This document shows positions 15,739 to 18,319 of a DNA stretch of 18,319 nucleotides, piece by piece. A program made the position numbers and the translations under genes. How positions within the stretch are numbered: position 1 is the first letter of the stretch; every line of letters begins with the position of its first letter. Source of the DNA: Pseudomonadota bacterium. Lineage in GTDB: Bacteria > Bdellovibrionota_B > Oligoflexia > Oligoflexales > CAIYRB01. The notes under the pieces are model-generated. The model made no database searches. It had not been told where the DNA came from and was given only the letters and a program-made list of their open reading frames with translations. Location: NCBI GenBank assembly GCA_031416315.1, contig JANOTL010000070.1, positions 1-18,319 of the forward strand, in the 5' to 3' direction.

Positions 15739-16914
15739 ATGGACCCCGTGAGCCCTTCACATCATCCGAAAATCGTCCTCACGATCCTCTCTCTGACGCT
15801 GTCGGCATGCGGCACTGCGACGTTCGCAGGGGGCGGCGGGCGCAAGAGCGGAGAAAAGAAACCGACGGCACCTGTCGCCACGTCGGCGACGCCCGTTGCG
15901 CCCGGCGTGCCTCCCGGTCCCGCGACGATTCCGGTCGGTGACGTCGCGACGACGGTGCAGACGGCCGGCTCCGTTTCGGGCGGTTCCACTCCCGGAACTG
16001 CCAGGCCGAGCACGGCGCGCGTCGCAAAGATCACGGCGAACGGCGTCGCCGATCGGATCATCGTCGGCCCGAACGATGCCGTCACGATCGCTTGGACCTC
16101 GCAAAACACGACTAACTGCCAAGTCGCGCCGCTGACGCTGAGCGGCACGAGCGGGACCTCCCTCCTGCCGGTGCCGGTCACCTCCGCGGTCTATACCTTG
16201 AGATGCGCGACCGCGGCCGGCGAGATCGCCAGCTCCGTCGTCGTGCAGCTCGATTTGAGCCCGGGCGTTGGTCCCGACCTCAAGGCCGAAGGCGGCGACG
16301 ATCCGCTCACCGTCGCCCCGTACGGCTCGGTTACCCTGTCGTGGTCGACCGACGGCGTCGACGACTGCGCTCTCGCTGGTGGCCTCGGCACGCCTACGCC
16401 AGGCGGCCAGGTCGAGACCGGCATCACCGCGCCGGTGACCTACACGCTCGTATGCACGATCGCCGGAGCCCCCGGCTATGACGCCATCACGGTCAACGTC
16501 GACTACGACGCGCCGCCCGTCGAGCCCCCGACGCCGGATCCGTCGGTCGCCATTCCCGACCCGGTGACGCCGACTCCCGACCCAGTGCCACCGCCGGTCA
16601 CCTATCGTACCGTCAAGACCTCGTGGGTCTCGGACGTCGGTCACCTCAATCTGACGGACTCTCTTCTGGGCATGACCGCCACCGAGGTGATCACCGAGGT
16701 CACGGTCAGCGCCGACGCCGGCGACCCCACGAATTTCTGTTTCCACTCGAGTTGCACCGGCATCTATAATCCGCTTTGCGCGGTCATGATCCTGGACAAT
16801 TCTCCGAATCCGGTGATCGTCGACGGAGGTCGTCGCGTTTTCCGCATCTTCGACTCGCCATACGCCGACAACAGCGGCACCTGTTACTTCAAAGTGAAGC
16901 TCCGCTCGCACTGA
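15739..16914 (+). CDS. Lipoprotein with Pro/Thr-rich linkers, two Ig-like modules and a C-terminal beta domain
   Basis: Lipobox LSAC; two modules of VTxxWxS/T...C...YTLxC; PDP repeats; ends FDSPYADNSGTCYFKV. Start uncertain (15739 or 15748). Confidence 0.82.
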   Translation: MDPVSPSHHPKIVLTILSLTLSACGTATFAGGGGRKSGEKKPTAPVATSATPVAPGVPPGPATIPVGDVATTVQTAGSVSGGSTPGTARPSTARVAKITANGVADRIIVGPNDAVTIAWTSQNTTNCQVAPLTLSGTSGTSLLPVPVTSAVYTLRCATAAGEIASSVVVQLDLSPGVGPDLKAEGGDDPLTVAPYGSVTLSWSTDGVDDCALAGGLGTPTPGGQVETGITAPVTYTLVCTIAGAPGYDAITVNVDYDAPPVEPPTPDPSVAIPDPVTPTPDPVPPPVTYRTVKTSWVSDVGHLNLTDSLLGMTATEVITEVTVSADAGDPTNFCFHSSCTGIYNPLCAVMILDNSPNPVIVDGGRRVFRIFDSPYADNSGTCYFKVKLRSH

Positions 16915-16974
16915 GATGGTACGTGACTTGCTACAAGCCAGCCCACGACGACTCGCGTCGCGTGGAGCTCCGGC

Positions 16975-17757
16975 TTGAGAAGTTCAACTCAAACCTATTC
17001 GCGCCTTAGCATCAGAGGTCCCTGGCTCGGTCGCGTCGTGACGGTGGTCCTAGTCGGTGTCGCCCTGTATCTTTTGCGGCGCCTCATTCTGTCTTTGGAC
17101 CTCATGGCCGTGAGAGAGTCGCTTCTGAGTCTCACTTCGGCGCGCATCGCCTTGGCCGGCGCCTTCGTCCTCGTGAACTACCTCTCCATCGCCGTCCTCG
17201 ACGGTGTGGGTTTGCGCGCCGCGCGGATCGAGCTGCCGAAGCGGCGGATCATCCTCGGCGCCTTCATCTCCTTCGCCCTCAATTTGAGCCTCGGTCAACT
17301 CGTCGGCTCCTTAGCTGCGCGCGAGCGTCTCTTCGGGCGGTGGGGCATCGGCGCGGCCGCGGCCACGCGTGTCGCGCTCCTGACGACTTGGCACTCGGTG
17401 ATCGGCTATCTCCTCGTCACCGGCGTCGTGCTGCTGCTCGCCCCGCTTCCCGCGCCCGCGCTGGCGAGCTTGGCGCCAGTTTGGTGGCGGGGCGGTGGCG
17501 CGCTGTTTCTCGGGGTCGTCTGCGCCTACGGGCTCATGTGCGCGGGGCGAATCGAGCCTTGGCGAAGGCGCGGCCGCTCGATCGATCCCGTCTCGCCGCG
17601 CGCCGCGGCGCTCGCCGTCGGCGCCGCTGGCTTGCAGTGGACCACGGCAGCGGCGGTGGTCTTCTCGGTCGCGCCGGAGACGATGCGCGCCGATTATCCA
17701 ACCTTGTTGGCGGTCCACCTGGGGGCCGCGCTACTCGGCGTCTTGGCGCACATATGA
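16975..17757 (+). pseudogene. Lysylphosphatidylglycerol-synthase TM-domain (YbhN/UPF0104-like) membrane protein, C-terminally truncated
   Basis: Multiple TM segments; AFISFALNLSLG...RERLFGRWG; stops at LGVLAHI where this family normally continues PGGLGVxE. Confidence 0.7.
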
Positions 17758-18151
17758 CGTCAGCTTCGGCGCCCGCGAGCCCCGCAGCCTCCTGCACGCG
17801 CTCGTCGATGTGGGCGACGGCGCGCAGGCCGCGGTGTTCTGCGTGCACTTCGGCCTCCTACGCCGAGAACGCCGGCACCAGACCCGTCTCCTTCAAGAGC
17901 TCATCGCGGCGCACGTGCCGCCCGAGACCGCGCTCTTCGTCGCCGGCGACTTCAACGACTGGCGGCACGAGCTCGGCGAAGTCCTGCGCGGGGAGCTCGG
18001 CCTCGAAGACGCGAGCGTCGCGCTGACCGGCACGACGGGCAAGAGCTATCCGGCTTATTGGCCCTGGCTCTCGCTCGATCGCATCTATTTTCGCAACGCC
18101 ACCCCGGTGGGCGTCACCATCGTGCGGCTCCGGAAGGGCTTGCGGCTTTCA
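17753..18151 (+). pseudogene. Endonuclease/exonuclease/phosphatase (YbhP-like) C-terminal fragment
   Basis: DVS...RSLLH, CVHFGL..RER..Q, AGDFNDW, SYPA..P.LSLDRIYFR. The N-terminal half is absent and the final SDH motif is cut by an insertion after the Ser codon. Confidence 0.85.
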
Positions 18152-18319
18152 GAGGGAGTCTAAAAAGGCGCGGGACGCAGGTTTACGGTCCCGCGATCCG
18201 CAACCGCTGACCGCTTGCGGCATTCCGCGGTCCGTGCTCCGCCGACCGCTTTCTGCCTGCCGCTGACGGCATGCTGCTAGCCGCATGTCCGTGCTCCGCG
18301 CTGCCGGCCCAACCATTTT
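18152..18319. mobile_element. Left end of an IS5-like element or MITE related to 8368-8428; runs off the window
   Basis: GAGGGAGTCTAAAAAGGCGCGGGAC at 18152-18176 is identical to 8368-8392; preceded by TCA; interrupts a coding sequence. Confidence 0.7.

Overview
GC-rich bacterial window, probably Bdellovibrionota/Oligoflexia- or Myxococcota-like (inferred from the many Cys-rich lipoproteins; not verified). Positions 1-4450 look like the tail of a tandem genomic-island array. Two homologous ~155-bp non-coding modules (247-401, 4295-4450) each show paired 11-bp-period direct repeats, an IHF-like site and a tRNA-Ala/tmRNA-type 3' end (...CCTCCACCA). They bracket a 4.05-kb unit with no integrase that carries a decayed IS1380-family transposase, a three-gene HipB/HipS/HipT-type toxin-antitoxin operon preceded by five 18-bp palindromic operators, and gene fragments. 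The rest holds secreted or lipoprotein genes (six-repeat Ig-like, WG-repeat, SxxK serine hydrolase, alpha/beta hydrolase, three Cys-rich proteins), pfkA, a NUDIX hydrolase and a truncated ybhN/ybhP-like pair. Two related IS5-like ends are present: a 61-bp fold-back mini-element at the pfkA stop, and a copy with the loop flipped that interrupts the ybhP-like gene. Four frameshifts are all repaired by adding one base, so they may be sequencing errors. All calls come from reading the sequence; no searches were run.
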